A stretch of DNA of 64,000 nucleotides from Myxococcota bacterium. Lineage in GTDB: Bacteria; Myxococcota_A; UBA9160; JAFDDA01. Below the pieces are notes generated by a model. It was not told the DNA's origin. It saw nothing but the letters and a program-made list of their open reading frames with translations, and did not search any database. The stretch spans positions 3,648,001 to 3,712,000 of the forward strand of contig OZ245817.1 in the NCBI GenBank assembly GCA_965228475.1. Direction: 5' to 3'. This document shows positions 19,650 through 29,060 of the stretch, one piece after another (the stretch's first letter is position 1; each line of letters begins with the position of its first letter). The position numbers and the translations under genes are program-made.

Positions 19650-20863
19650 TAGACGACCCCGTCCGCCGCGAGCTTCTCGAGTTCGCCCGGCCCGAGGCCG
19701 AGTTCTTCGTAGACCTCGGCGTTGTGTTCCCCGATGCGGGGCGCGCGTCGGCGGATCCCGACCGCGCCGTCGCCGGCCCGTGCGAAGAAGGCCGGGTGCT
19801 CGATGGCCGCACCGAGTTCGGGGTAGTCGAGGGTCGTGAACAGCTCGCGGCTGCGCAGCTGCGGATGCGCGAGGATCTCCCGCGCGTCGTTGCACGGGGC
19901 GAGCAGGATGCGGCGCTCGAGCGCCCCGTCGTAGAGCTCGCGCATGGTGCGGCTCGCGAAGAAAGCGCCGAAGGCGTCTTCGAGCCGCGCGACCTCTTCG
20001 TCGGAAACGGTGAGATGGCTGTAGCCCGCCCAGTCGTACCCGCGCAGCCAGTCGGGCGCGAGGTCCGCTTCGGCCATCCACGAGACGGTCGCCTCGAGGT
20101 TCGGGATGCGGGCGGCGCCGCCGCGCAGACCGAACGAGATCCAGCCATCGCGGGCCGCCCAGATTTCCCGGGTGCGGCCGAGACGCGCGCCGCTTCGCCG
20201 CAGGGGCCGAGGCTGGTGTGCGTGCTGACCCGGCGCCGAGAGCAGACTCTGCAGCTGGGTCTCGTGGAGGGAGACGTCGACGTGCTGGCCGCGCCCCGTC
20301 TCTTCGCGCTGATGGAGCGCCATCACGATGCCGAGGGCCGCCTCGGGCCCGGCGTGGATCCACGCGCTCGGGAGACTGCATCGGACCGGCGGCCGGTCCG
20401 CGTGGCCGGTGAGCATCATGTTCCCGCCCAGGGCCACGACGACGAGGTCGCCGGCCCGCCAGGAAGCGCGGGGCCCGCTTCCGCCGAACGGGGTCACCGA
20501 ACACCAGACGAGGCCCGGTGCGTCGGCCCGGCAGTCCTCGAAACCGATCCCGTCCGCCGCCATCTTCCCGGTCGGCGCGGTCTCGAGGACGACGTCGAAG
20601 CGCGCGGCCAGGCGGCGGAAGACCGAACGGCCCGCCTCGCTCGCCCGGCAGAGGGTGATGCCGCGTTTGCTCGTGTTGAGCGCGAGCCAGGCGAGGCTCC
20701 GCTCGGGGTCCGCTTCGCCGTTCAGGTAGGGCGCGCGGCGCCCGCGCAGATCGCCTCCGGGCGGTTCGACCTTCACGACGTCGGCGCCGAGGTCGCCGAG
20801 CACCTTCCCGGCGAGGAAGCCCGATTCGTCCGAGAGGTCGAGCACGCGCACGCCGGCCAGCAA
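19649..20863 (-). CDS. Family III (CaiB/BaiF) CoA transferase, probable non-catalytic subunit
   Basis: LAGVRVLDLS, LGADVVKVEPPGGD, GRGQHVDVSL, APRIGEHN; TTG start after GGGAGG. Confidence 0.9.
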   Translation of the reverse strand: MLAGVRVLDLSDESGFLAGKVLGDLGADVVKVEPPGGDLRGRRAPYLNGEADPERSLAWLALNTSKRGITLCRASEAGRSVFRRLAARFDVVLETAPTGKMAADGIGFEDCRADAPGLVWCSVTPFGGSGPRASWRAGDLVVVALGGNMMLTGHADRPPVRCSLPSAWIHAGPEAALGIVMALHQREETGRGQHVDVSLHETQLQSLLSAPGQHAHQPRPLRRSGARLGRTREIWAARDGWISFGLRGGAARIPNLEATVSWMAEADLAPDWLRGYDWAGYSHLTVSDEEVARLEDAFGAFFASRTMRELYDGALERRILLAPCNDAREILAHPQLRSRELFTTLDYPELGAAIEHPAFFARAGDGAVGIRRRAPRIGEHNAEVYEELGLGPGELEKLAADGVV

Positions 20864-20898
20864 GTCGGATCCTCCCGGCCCGGTAGGGTATCACCGTT

Positions 20899-20915
20899 TC
20901 TGACACATCGTCAGA
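20899..20915. promoter_or_regulatory. Palindromic operator copy 3 (TCTGAC-ACATC-GTCAGA)
   Basis: Lies in the divergent intergenic region between the CoA-transferase operon and an SDR gene. Confidence 0.85.
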
Positions 20916-20956
20916 TTCGTGGAGTATGCTGCGGCCGATGCACGAGCCGGGTTCCG

Positions 20957-21736
20957 ATGCACGTTCGTGAGCTGCTCGACCTCTCCGGGCGCACGGCCCT
21001 CGTGACCGGCGGCGGCCGCGGGATCGGTCGCCACATCGCCGAAGGCCTCGCGGAGGCGGGCGCCGACGTCGTCGTCGTGTCGCGAAAGCGCGCGAACCTC
21101 GATGCGGCCGTCGCCGCGATCGAAGCCGAAGGCCGCCGGGCCTGGGCCTTCGAAGCCGACCTCTCGAAGCCCGAGGCGATCGACCGCGTCGTGGCCAGCG
21201 TGGCCCAGGAGATCGGACGCGTCGACGTGCTCGTCGCGAACGCGGGCTTCGCCTGGGGCGAGCCGGTGCTCGAGCACGGCCTCGAAGGCTGGGACAAGGT
21301 CTACGACCTGAACGTGCGCGGCACCTTCTACCTCTGCCAGCAGATGGCGCGCGCCATGAAGGACGCCGGCGGCGGCGCGATGATCCTGGTGAGCTCGATC
21401 TCCGGCCTGCGCGGCGCCCGCGACGAAGAGCAGCCGTCCATCGCCTACAACTCGAGCAAGGGCGCCCTCGTCACCCTCACCAAGGATCTCGCGGTGAAGC
21501 TCGCCCCCTTCGGCATCCGCGTGAACGGCATCGCGCCCGGGCCGTTCTCGACGGACATGATGGATCACATGCGCGAGAACCCCGAGCGCTGGGCCGGGTT
21601 CCGCAAGCGCATCCCGCTCGACCGCGCGGGGGAAGCCGACGACGTCAAGGGCGCCGCCGTCTTCCTCGCGAGCCGCGCCGCCGCCTACGTGACGGGGCAC
21701 ACCCTCGTCGTCGATGGCGGCATCATGGCGATGTGA
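20957..21736 (+). CDS. SDR family oxidoreductase
   Basis: TGGGRGIG, ANAG, catalytic YNSSK, IRVNGIAPG. Confidence 0.93.
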   Translation: MHVRELLDLSGRTALVTGGGRGIGRHIAEGLAEAGADVVVVSRKRANLDAAVAAIEAEGRRAWAFEADLSKPEAIDRVVASVAQEIGRVDVLVANAGFAWGEPVLEHGLEGWDKVYDLNVRGTFYLCQQMARAMKDAGGGAMILVSSISGLRGARDEEQPSIAYNSSKGALVTLTKDLAVKLAPFGIRVNGIAPGPFSTDMMDHMRENPERWAGFRKRIPLDRAGEADDVKGAAVFLASRAAAYVTGHTLVVDGGIMAM

Positions 21737-22244
21737 AGTCGGCGCGCGCGAGGGCGTAGTGGATCGTCTCGCCCGAGGGGCCGGGCTCCCGACCCGTCTC
21801 GATGAAGCCGAGGCGGTCCGCAACGCGGATCGACGCGGCGTTCGGGGAATCGATGCTCGCCCGGATCGGGTCGAAGCCCCGGGCCTCGAAGCCCCAGGCG
21901 AGCGCTGCACGGGCCCCCTCGACGGCGAACCCCCTGCCCTGGCTGTCCGTATCGAGGACCCAGATGATCTCGCGCACCGGCGGCTCGAAGAACTCGCGGT
22001 AGCCGAACAGGCCGACGATCCCGCCGCTCTCGCGGCCTTCGGCCAGGAAGAGGCCGGCGCTTTCGCGGAAGTCCTCCTGGCTCTGGGCGATCACCTCCTC
22101 GCTCCAGGAGCGGGGCATCACCTCGTCGTCGAGCAGGTAGCGGCGCACGACGGGCTGGGCGAAGAGCGCTTCGAGGCCTTCCGCGTCGGACGGTTCGAGG
22201 GGGCGCAGCCGCAGCCGCTCGGTTTCGAGAAGGGGATTCGCCAT
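21723..22244 (-). CDS. GNAT N-acetyltransferase (RimJ/RimL type)
   Basis: LETERLRLRP, QGRGFAVEG, NAASIRVADRLGF. Confidence 0.9.
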   Translation of the reverse strand: MANPLLETERLRLRPLEPSDAEGLEALFAQPVVRRYLLDDEVMPRSWSEEVIAQSQEDFRESAGLFLAEGRESGGIVGLFGYREFFEPPVREIIWVLDTDSQGRGFAVEGARAALAWGFEARGFDPIRASIDSPNAASIRVADRLGFIETGREPGPSGETIHYALARADFTSP

Positions 22245-22305
22245 GGCCGGAGCGTAGCGAGCACCTCGGGGCCCGGTAGACTGACGCCGCGCTCGCGGAG
22301 GAAGC

Positions 22306-23142
22306 ATGAAGCAACTAGAGGATCGCGTGGCCGTCGTCACCGGCGCCGCGAGCGGCATCGGCCGGGCCCTGGCCGTCGCGTTGGCGAAGAAGGGCTGCCA
22401 CCTCGCCCTGGTGGACGTGAACGAAGCGTGCCTGCAGGAGACCGCGGCGATGGCCGGAGCGACCGGCCGCAAGGTCTCGACCCACCTCGTCTCCGTCGCC
22501 GACCGCGAGGCCATGCGCGCGCTGCCCGAGCAGGTCGTCGCAGAGCACGGCCACGTCCACATCGTGGTGAACAACGCGGGGGTCGCCCTCGACGCGAGCT
22601 TCGAGGACGCGAGCCTCGAGAACCTCGACTGGATCGTCGGGATCAACTTCTGGGGCGTCGTCTACGGCTGCAAGTTCTTCCTGCCCTACCTCCGGCGCGA
22701 GGAGGAAGCCCACATCGTGAACCTCTCGAGCCTGTTCGGAATCATCGGCGTGCCACGCAACAGCGCCTACTGCGCCACGAAGTTCGCGGTGCGCGGCATG
22801 ACCGAGTCCATGTGGTGCGAGATGTCGAAGGAGGGCATCGGCCTCTCCACCGTCCACCCCGGCGGCATCAAGACCAACATCGCACGCGCCGCGCGCACGG
22901 GCGCCGGAACGGACACGAGCGAGTTCGCCGGCGAGTTCGACAAGCTCGCCCGCACCTCGCCCGAGCGCGCCGCCGAGAAGATCGTGCGCGGCATCGAGAA
23001 GAACCAGCTCCGCGTCCGCATCACGAGCGAGACGTACCTGCTCGACTGGCTGAAGCGCCTCTTCCCGACCGCGACCCAGGCGCTGATCCGGCGCGGCGCG
23101 GACCGGGTCCCGCAACAGCCCTCGGCCGGCACCCCGTCCTAG
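22306..23142 (+). CDS. SDR family oxidoreductase
   Basis: TGAASGIG, NNAG, YCATK. Confidence 0.93.
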   Translation: MKQLEDRVAVVTGAASGIGRALAVALAKKGCHLALVDVNEACLQETAAMAGATGRKVSTHLVSVADREAMRALPEQVVAEHGHVHIVVNNAGVALDASFEDASLENLDWIVGINFWGVVYGCKFFLPYLRREEEAHIVNLSSLFGIIGVPRNSAYCATKFAVRGMTESMWCEMSKEGIGLSTVHPGGIKTNIARAARTGAGTDTSEFAGEFDKLARTSPERAAEKIVRGIEKNQLRVRITSETYLLDWLKRLFPTATQALIRRGADRVPQQPSAGTPS

Positions 23143-23145
23143 GCC

Positions 23146-23532
23146 CTACCCCTTCCGAGCGATCGCCCGGATCTCGGCGAGCAGACCCGGAACCACGAGT
23201 GCCGTGACACCGACGGCCGTCCAGGCCGGGAACGGCTCCTCGATGAAGCGGCCCTTCACCTCGGCGAACTTGCCGATGTGGTCCGGCAGGTCGACGTGAT
23301 AGGTCGTGAGGTCGACGAGATCCGCAAAGCCGAGACCCGCCTCCTCGAGCACCGAGGCGAGGCTCTCGAAGGCGAGCTCGAACTGGCGCCCGGGCTCCGA
23401 GGGAACGCGCCCGTCGGCCTCGAGCCCCACCTGCCCCGAGATGAAGACGAACGGGTCGCTCTCGATTCCCGCCGAGAAACCGAACTGGCGATTGACCGCG
23501 GCCGTCGCGGCCGGCTGAACGGGCTTCTTCAT
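23146..23532 (-). CDS. RidA/YjgF family protein
   Basis: FVFISGQVG, PAWTAVGVTAL, LAEIRAIA. Confidence 0.88.
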   Translation of the reverse strand: MKKPVQPAATAAVNRQFGFSAGIESDPFVFISGQVGLEADGRVPSEPGRQFELAFESLASVLEEAGLGFADLVDLTTYHVDLPDHIGKFAEVKGRFIEEPFPAWTAVGVTALVVPGLLAEIRAIARKG

Positions 23533-23625
23533 GGCTTCCTCCACGGGGCCGCGCTTGCAATGCGAGGCCGCGAAGGGTCATGCTAAGGGCTCGAGACAGC
23601 AGCGCCAGCTGTCCTGGAGGGCCCC

Positions 23626-24915
23626 ATGAGCGAATCTGCCACGACCCCGGAGTTCCCTTCCCTGGGCCAGGCCGGCACGGACCCCTACTCCGTCCCTCTC
23701 GAGAAGATCGACATGTCGGACTCGGAGATCTTCGAGACCGACGAGATCTGGGGCTACTTCGAGCGGCTCCGCAAGGAGGACCCGATCCACTACTGCGCCG
23801 AGAGCGAGTTCGGCCCGTTCTGGTCCGTGACGAAGTTCGACGACATCGTCACGGTCGAGAAGGACCCCGAGACCTTCTCCTCGGCCGTGAGCATCGTCGT
23901 GGGAGACCCCGACCCGGACTTCCCGATCGAAGCCGGCTTCATCACGATGGACGGACCGAAGCACATCGCCCACCGGAAGACGGTCCAGCCCGTGGTGGCT
24001 CCCCGCAACCTGAAGCGCCTCGAACCCCTGATCCGCGAGCGCGTCATCGAGATTCTCGACGGCCTGCCCGTGGGCGAGACCTTCGACTGGGTGGACCGCG
24101 TCTCGATCGAGCTCACCACCGGCATGCTCGCGACCCTCTTCGATTTCCCCTACGAAGAGCGGCGCAAGCTCACCTTCTGGAGCGACATGGCGACGGCGAG
24201 CCCCATGCAGGTGGGCGCGACCGGCCACACCGAAGAAGAGCGCCGCGGCGCCCTGCTCCAGTGCCTCGCCGAGTTCCAGGAGCTCTGGAAGCAGCGGGAA
24301 GGCTCCCCGGCGGAAGGGGACTTCGTGGCGGCCCTGGCCAACGGCGCCGCCACCAAGGACATGCCGCCGCTCGAGTACCTCGGCACCCTCATCCTGCTGA
24401 TCGTCGGCGGCAACGACACGACGCGCAATTCGATCAGCGGCGGCGTCCTGGCCCTGAACGAGAACCCCACCGAGTATCAGAAGCTGCGCGACGACCCGAG
24501 CCTCATCCCGAACATGGTGAGCGAGATCATCCGCTGGCAGACGCCGCTCGCCCACATGCGCCGCACCGCCACGCGCGACACCGAGCTCGGCGGCAAGCAG
24601 ATCAAGAAGGGCGACAAGGTCGTCATGTGGTACGTCTCGGCCAACCGCGACGAAACCGCCATCGAGAACGCCAACCAGTTCCTGATCGACCGCGCGGACG
24701 CGAAGCGCCACCTCTCCTTCGGATGGGGCGTGCATTTCTGCGTCGGCAGCCGGCTCGCGGAGATGCAGCTTCGCATCCTCTGGGAGGAGATCATGGCGCG
24801 CTACGAGAAGGTCGAGGTCGTGGGGGAACCCGTGCGGGTGCGCTCGAACTTCGTCAAGGGCTTCGAGAGCATGCAGGTCCGCCTGCACCCGTGGCCCGAA
24901 GGCTCGAAGCGCTAG
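23626..24915 (+). CDS. Cytochrome P450 (CYP153-like)
   Basis: I-helix LIVGGNDTTRNS, EIIRWQTPLAHMRR, heme-binding HLSFGWGVHFCVG. Confidence 0.93.
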   Translation: MSESATTPEFPSLGQAGTDPYSVPLEKIDMSDSEIFETDEIWGYFERLRKEDPIHYCAESEFGPFWSVTKFDDIVTVEKDPETFSSAVSIVVGDPDPDFPIEAGFITMDGPKHIAHRKTVQPVVAPRNLKRLEPLIRERVIEILDGLPVGETFDWVDRVSIELTTGMLATLFDFPYEERRKLTFWSDMATASPMQVGATGHTEEERRGALLQCLAEFQELWKQREGSPAEGDFVAALANGAATKDMPPLEYLGTLILLIVGGNDTTRNSISGGVLALNENPTEYQKLRDDPSLIPNMVSEIIRWQTPLAHMRRTATRDTELGGKQIKKGDKVVMWYVSANRDETAIENANQFLIDRADAKRHLSFGWGVHFCVGSRLAEMQLRILWEEIMARYEKVEVVGEPVRVRSNFVKGFESMQVRLHPWPEGSKR

Positions 24916-24918
24916 CCG

Positions 24919-25671
24919 ATGGCCTCTGCAGCCCCGCACCCTCCGAAGGGACGGATCCGCCCGCTCGTCGCACTCCGCGCGATCGCGGATCAACTGCGCG
25001 ACAACGAGGACACCGCAGCCGGCGCCCGCTTCGTCTACGCCCTCCAGGGCCCGGTGACGGAGCGCGTCTTCCAGCGGTTCCGGAGGGACCCGGACGGCGC
25101 GCGGATCCTCGCCGAGAGGCGTTCGATCCGAGAGACCCTCGAGGATCGCGAGGCGCTGCGCGCGCTTCCGGAGGGAACCCTCGGCCGCGAGTACGTCGAG
25201 TTCATGGATGCAGAGGGGATCAGCCTGACCGGCTTGCACGAAGCCATCGCCGAGCCGGCGCGGGAGATCCTCGGCGAGATGGACGAGGAGCGGCAGCTCG
25301 TGCTCGACCGCATCACGGATCTCCACGACCTCTGGCACGTCGCCACGGGCTACTCCCGCGATCTCGTCGGCGAGTTCGCGCTGCTTGCGCTCGGCTACGA
25401 GCAGCTCGGGAACCCCGCCTACCGGCTCTCGCTCTTCGCGGTCCGTCCGCTCTGCGCCCTCCAGGCGCCGGGCGCCAACGCGCTCATCGACGACGCCCGC
25501 CGGCGCGGGCGCGAGGCCCGGTGGCTTCCGACCCAGGATTGGGAGAGCTACCTCGCGCTTCCGATCGAAGAGGCCCGGGAGCGCCTCGGCCTGGGCCCGC
25601 CGCCCCCCTACACCCGCTACTTCCGCGTGGGCAACCGTCTTCGGCCCGAGCGCCACGACGAGGCCGCGTAG
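24919..25671 (+). CDS. Coq4 family protein
   Basis: LRALPEGTLGREY and HDLWHVATGYSRDLVGE (HDxxH...E). Confidence 0.85.
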   Translation: MASAAPHPPKGRIRPLVALRAIADQLRDNEDTAAGARFVYALQGPVTERVFQRFRRDPDGARILAERRSIRETLEDREALRALPEGTLGREYVEFMDAEGISLTGLHEAIAEPAREILGEMDEERQLVLDRITDLHDLWHVATGYSRDLVGEFALLALGYEQLGNPAYRLSLFAVRPLCALQAPGANALIDDARRRGREARWLPTQDWESYLALPIEEARERLGLGPPPPYTRYFRVGNRLRPERHDEAA

Positions 25672-25721
25672 CCTCGACGGGACGGCTTCCATCCACTCCA
25701 ACCATGAAGGGGAGTCCCGAC

Positions 25722-26552
25722 GTGGACGTCTGGCAAGACAAGAGCGCAGTCATCACGGGGGGCGGATCCGGCATCGGGAAGGCCCTCGGTGCCGCGCTCG
25801 CGGGACGCGGGGCACGGGTCTGGCTGAGCGACGTGGACGGCGATGCGGCCGCGGCCGCCGCCGCGGAGATCGGCCACGGTGCCGCATCGGCCGCCCTCGA
25901 CGTAACGGATGCGGAGGCCGTGAAGCGCCACGTCGAAGACGTCGCGCGCAGCCACGGGCGGATCGACGCCGTCTTCAACAATGCGGGGATCGGCGTCGTG
26001 GGAGATCTCCGCGAGCTGAACCTCGACCACTTCGACCGCTCGATCGACGTCAACATCCGCGGCGTGGTGCACGGCATCCTTGCGGCGTTCCCACTCATGA
26101 AGGGACAGGGCGGGGGCATCATCGTCAACACGGCATCCGCGGCGGGGCTCCTTCCCCTCCCGCTGATGGCGCCCTACTGCATGAGCAAGCACGCCGTCGT
26201 CGGCCTCTCGAACTCCCTGCGGCCCGAGGCGGCGCGGCACGGCGTACGGATCAACGTGCTCTGCCCGACGGCGATCGAAACGCCGCTCCTCGAGACCGAC
26301 GTCTCCCGTGAGCTCGGCGCCGCGTGGCGGCCGGACCTTCGCGCATACCTCACGGAGGTCGGCGGCCCGCCCTACCCCGTCGACCGCTTCGTCGACTACG
26401 CCCTCGAGCAGATCGAGAGGGACCGCGGCGTCATCGTCGCGCCGCGCGGGGCGCGGATCCGGCTCGCCTTCAACCGGCTTTTCCCGTCCGTCGTCGAACG
26501 CATGTCGAAGAAGGCCTACCTCGGCATGCTCGCGACGCGGCCGAAGGACTGA
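25722..26552 (+). CDS. SDR family oxidoreductase
   Basis: TGGGSGIG, FNNAG, YCMSK; GTG start after GGGGAG. Confidence 0.92.
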   Translation: MDVWQDKSAVITGGGSGIGKALGAALAGRGARVWLSDVDGDAAAAAAAEIGHGAASAALDVTDAEAVKRHVEDVARSHGRIDAVFNNAGIGVVGDLRELNLDHFDRSIDVNIRGVVHGILAAFPLMKGQGGGIIVNTASAAGLLPLPLMAPYCMSKHAVVGLSNSLRPEAARHGVRINVLCPTAIETPLLETDVSRELGAAWRPDLRAYLTEVGGPPYPVDRFVDYALEQIERDRGVIVAPRGARIRLAFNRLFPSVVERMSKKAYLGMLATRPKD

Positions 26553-26559
26553 GACGGCT

Positions 26560-27378
26560 TCACTCGAGCCCGAAGACCCGCTCGGCGTTTCCGGCCAGGA
26601 AAGCCGACTGGACGTCCGCCTCGAGCCCGAGGTCCGCGAGACCGGCGAGGGCCTTCTTGGGCGGGATCATCGGGAAGTTCGTTCCGAACAGGACCTTGTT
26701 CCTGCCGTTCGTCTTCAGGTAGTCGACGAGCGCGGCCGGGTAGCGCCGCACGGTGTAGGCGGACGTGTCGATGTAGAAGTTCTCGTGCTTCGTCGCGACC
26801 GCGATGGCTTCGTCGGTCCACGGGTATCCGATGTGGCCCCCGACGACCACGAGCTCCGGGAAGTCGAGGCAGACCTGGTCGAGGTAGATCGGCCGCCCGA
26901 CCTCGGAGGGCATGAGCGGGCCCGTGTGACCGATCTGCGTGCAGAACGGGACGCCGAGTTCGCAGCAGGCGACGTACACGGGGTAGAAGCGGCGATCGGT
27001 CGGCGGCGCTTCCCATAGCCAGGGGAGGACGCGGATCGCCTTGAAGCCGAGCTCCTCCACGCAGCGGCGGATCTCGGCGACCGCGGCCATCGGCTTCGAG
27101 AGATCGACCGAGCCGACGCCGGCCAGCCGGCCGGGTGCTTCGGCCACGAAGGACGCGACCTCGTCGTTCGAGATCATCACGTTCCGCGGCCCGTACCAGG
27201 CGCTGAGCAGCGTGGTCGAGACGCCGCCGTCGTCCATCGCCTGGAGCGTCAGCGAGAGCGGGATTTCTTGCACGGACTCTTCCGCCGCGCTCCGGTTCCA
27301 TCGCTTCAGCGAATCGAAGATGGGGTCGTTCCAGTGTCGCGGCGTCGGATGCTGGGCCCAGGCGTCGATGATCTTCAT
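26560..27378 (-). CDS. Amidohydrolase family protein
   Basis: MKIIDAWAQHP, FYPVYVACCELGVP, GHIGYPW, KVLFGTNFP. Confidence 0.9.
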   Translation of the reverse strand: MKIIDAWAQHPTPRHWNDPIFDSLKRWNRSAAEESVQEIPLSLTLQAMDDGGVSTTLLSAWYGPRNVMISNDEVASFVAEAPGRLAGVGSVDLSKPMAAVAEIRRCVEELGFKAIRVLPWLWEAPPTDRRFYPVYVACCELGVPFCTQIGHTGPLMPSEVGRPIYLDQVCLDFPELVVVGGHIGYPWTDEAIAVATKHENFYIDTSAYTVRRYPAALVDYLKTNGRNKVLFGTNFPMIPPKKALAGLADLGLEADVQSAFLAGNAERVFGLE

Positions 27379-27404
27379 TGGCTCCCCCGCACGGAGCCCT
27401 ACTT

Positions 27405-29060
27405 CTAGCCCGAGTAGCGGTGTCCCGCGATCTCGACGCCATCCGCGGCGAGCCGGGCGGCGGCCTTCTCTGCGAGCGGGGCGACCTGGAGCTTCTGGTT
27501 TCCGGTGTACTCGACCTCGCTCTCGTCGAACAGAAGAACGAGCCGCGGAACCTTGTACGCCGCGAGGCCGTCCTTCAGGAACGCCCGCAGCGCCTCCGCA
27601 TCGAGGTCGGCCCCCTCGACCGGCACCGCGCACAGCACGACCGCCTCCCCGAGCGTCGGGTGGGGAACGCCGATGGCGGCGCTCACGTGGACGCCGGGGA
27701 AGCGGAGCGCACGCGCCTCGATCTCGAGGGGCGAGACGTTCGCACCGCCGGTCTTGATCAGGTTCGAGAGGCGTCCCGTCCAGTGCAGGTAGCCGGCTTC
27801 GTCGATCGTGCCGGCGTCCTGGGTGCGGAAGAAGCCGTTTTCGTCGAGGAAGTCCTCCGGGTCGGCCTTGTAGTAGCCCCGCATGAAGGTGCGGCCCTTC
27901 ACGGCGATCTCGCCGTGGGCGCCGACGGGAAGTGACTCGCCGGTGTCCGGGTCGACGATGCGGATCTGCATCCCGGGGAGCGGCTTCCCGTGGGTCGGCT
28001 TGCGAATCTCGGCGGGGGTCGCGGCGGGGAGCGCCGAACAGATCGTGAACGTCTCGGAGAGGCCATAGCTCGCGTAGGTGCTGTACTCGTCCTTCTCGAG
28101 CCCGACGAGCGGCGCGAGCGGCGAGCTGAACTCGATCTTGCGCGCGCTCGAGAGGTCGCGCGTCTTCGCATCGGGATGCTCGGCCATCTCTTTCTCCTGG
28201 TGCGGCCAGGCATGGATCACCGTCGCGCGCTCGGCTTCGATGCGCGCGAGGGCCCGGCCGGCGTCGAGGGCCTCGTCGGTGAGCACCACGGCGCCGGCCG
28301 CGAGACCCGCGCCCAGGGACATGCAGATCCCGGCGGTCCAGAAGAACGGGAAGACGGTGTAGACGACGTCGTCGGAGGAGAGGCCCATCAGCTCCGCGAA
28401 TCGCCAGCTCTGGACGACGGGCGCGCGCTGCATGTGGAGGACGCCCTTCGGGAGCGACGTCGTGCCCGACGTGTAGATGATCATGGCATCGTCGCTCGGC
28501 GCGATGCCCGCTGCGATGGCGTCGAGCCGCGCCTCGGGGACGTCCGCGCCGAGCGCCAGGAGTGCCTCCCAGGGTTCGAGCGGGAGCGGCCCGCCCCCTC
28601 CGGCGACGAACACGCACCGGAGCTGCGGAAGCGACCCGATCGTCTCGAGGAGCTCGTCGCCGAGGTCGCGTCCAAGGAGCTGCCGCTGCATCAGGAGGAC
28701 CGCCACGTCGCCGTGATCGAGGACGTGATCGCGCTCTTCCTGTTTGGCGAAGGTGTTCACCGGGACCAGCACGCCCCCGGCGAGCGCGACGGCGAACGCC
28801 GCGACGGCCCAGTCGGGCCCGTTCGCCATCCAGAGACCGACCCGCGTCCCCTTGCCGACGCCCGCACCGAGGAGACCCCGCGCGAGACGCCGCGCCTCGT
28901 CGCGCAGCCCCGCGTAGCTGAGCTCCCGCTCGGGCGAGCGGATCGCCGGGCGGGCGCCATGGCGGGCGGCCACGTCGTCGAGGAAGCGGGCGAGGGTCTG
29001 TTGGTCCCGCGCGGGCTCGAGACGCCACTCGCTCACACCGTTCCGGGAGGCACCGCTCAT
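27405..29060 (-). CDS. Acyl-CoA synthetase / AMP-binding enzyme
   Basis: IIYTSGTTSLPKG, YGLSET, FRTQD, IKTGGANVSPLEIE, GNQK. Confidence 0.93.
   Translation of the reverse strand: MSGASRNGVSEWRLEPARDQQTLARFLDDVAARHGARPAIRSPERELSYAGLRDEARRLARGLLGAGVGKGTRVGLWMANGPDWAVAAFAVALAGGVLVPVNTFAKQEERDHVLDHGDVAVLLMQRQLLGRDLGDELLETIGSLPQLRCVFVAGGGGPLPLEPWEALLALGADVPEARLDAIAAGIAPSDDAMIIYTSGTTSLPKGVLHMQRAPVVQSWRFAELMGLSSDDVVYTVFPFFWTAGICMSLGAGLAAGAVVLTDEALDAGRALARIEAERATVIHAWPHQEKEMAEHPDAKTRDLSSARKIEFSSPLAPLVGLEKDEYSTYASYGLSETFTICSALPAATPAEIRKPTHGKPLPGMQIRIVDPDTGESLPVGAHGEIAVKGRTFMRGYYKADPEDFLDENGFFRTQDAGTIDEAGYLHWTGRLSNLIKTGGANVSPLEIEARALRFPGVHVSAAIGVPHPTLGEAVVLCAVPVEGADLDAEALRAFLKDGLAAYKVPRLVLLFDESEVEYTGNQKLQVAPLAEKAAARLAADGVEIAGHRYSG

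Noticed and set aside
22280..22297. ACTGAC half-site upstream of the SDR at 22306
   Set aside because: No GTCAGA arm at 5-nt spacing, so not counted as an operator.
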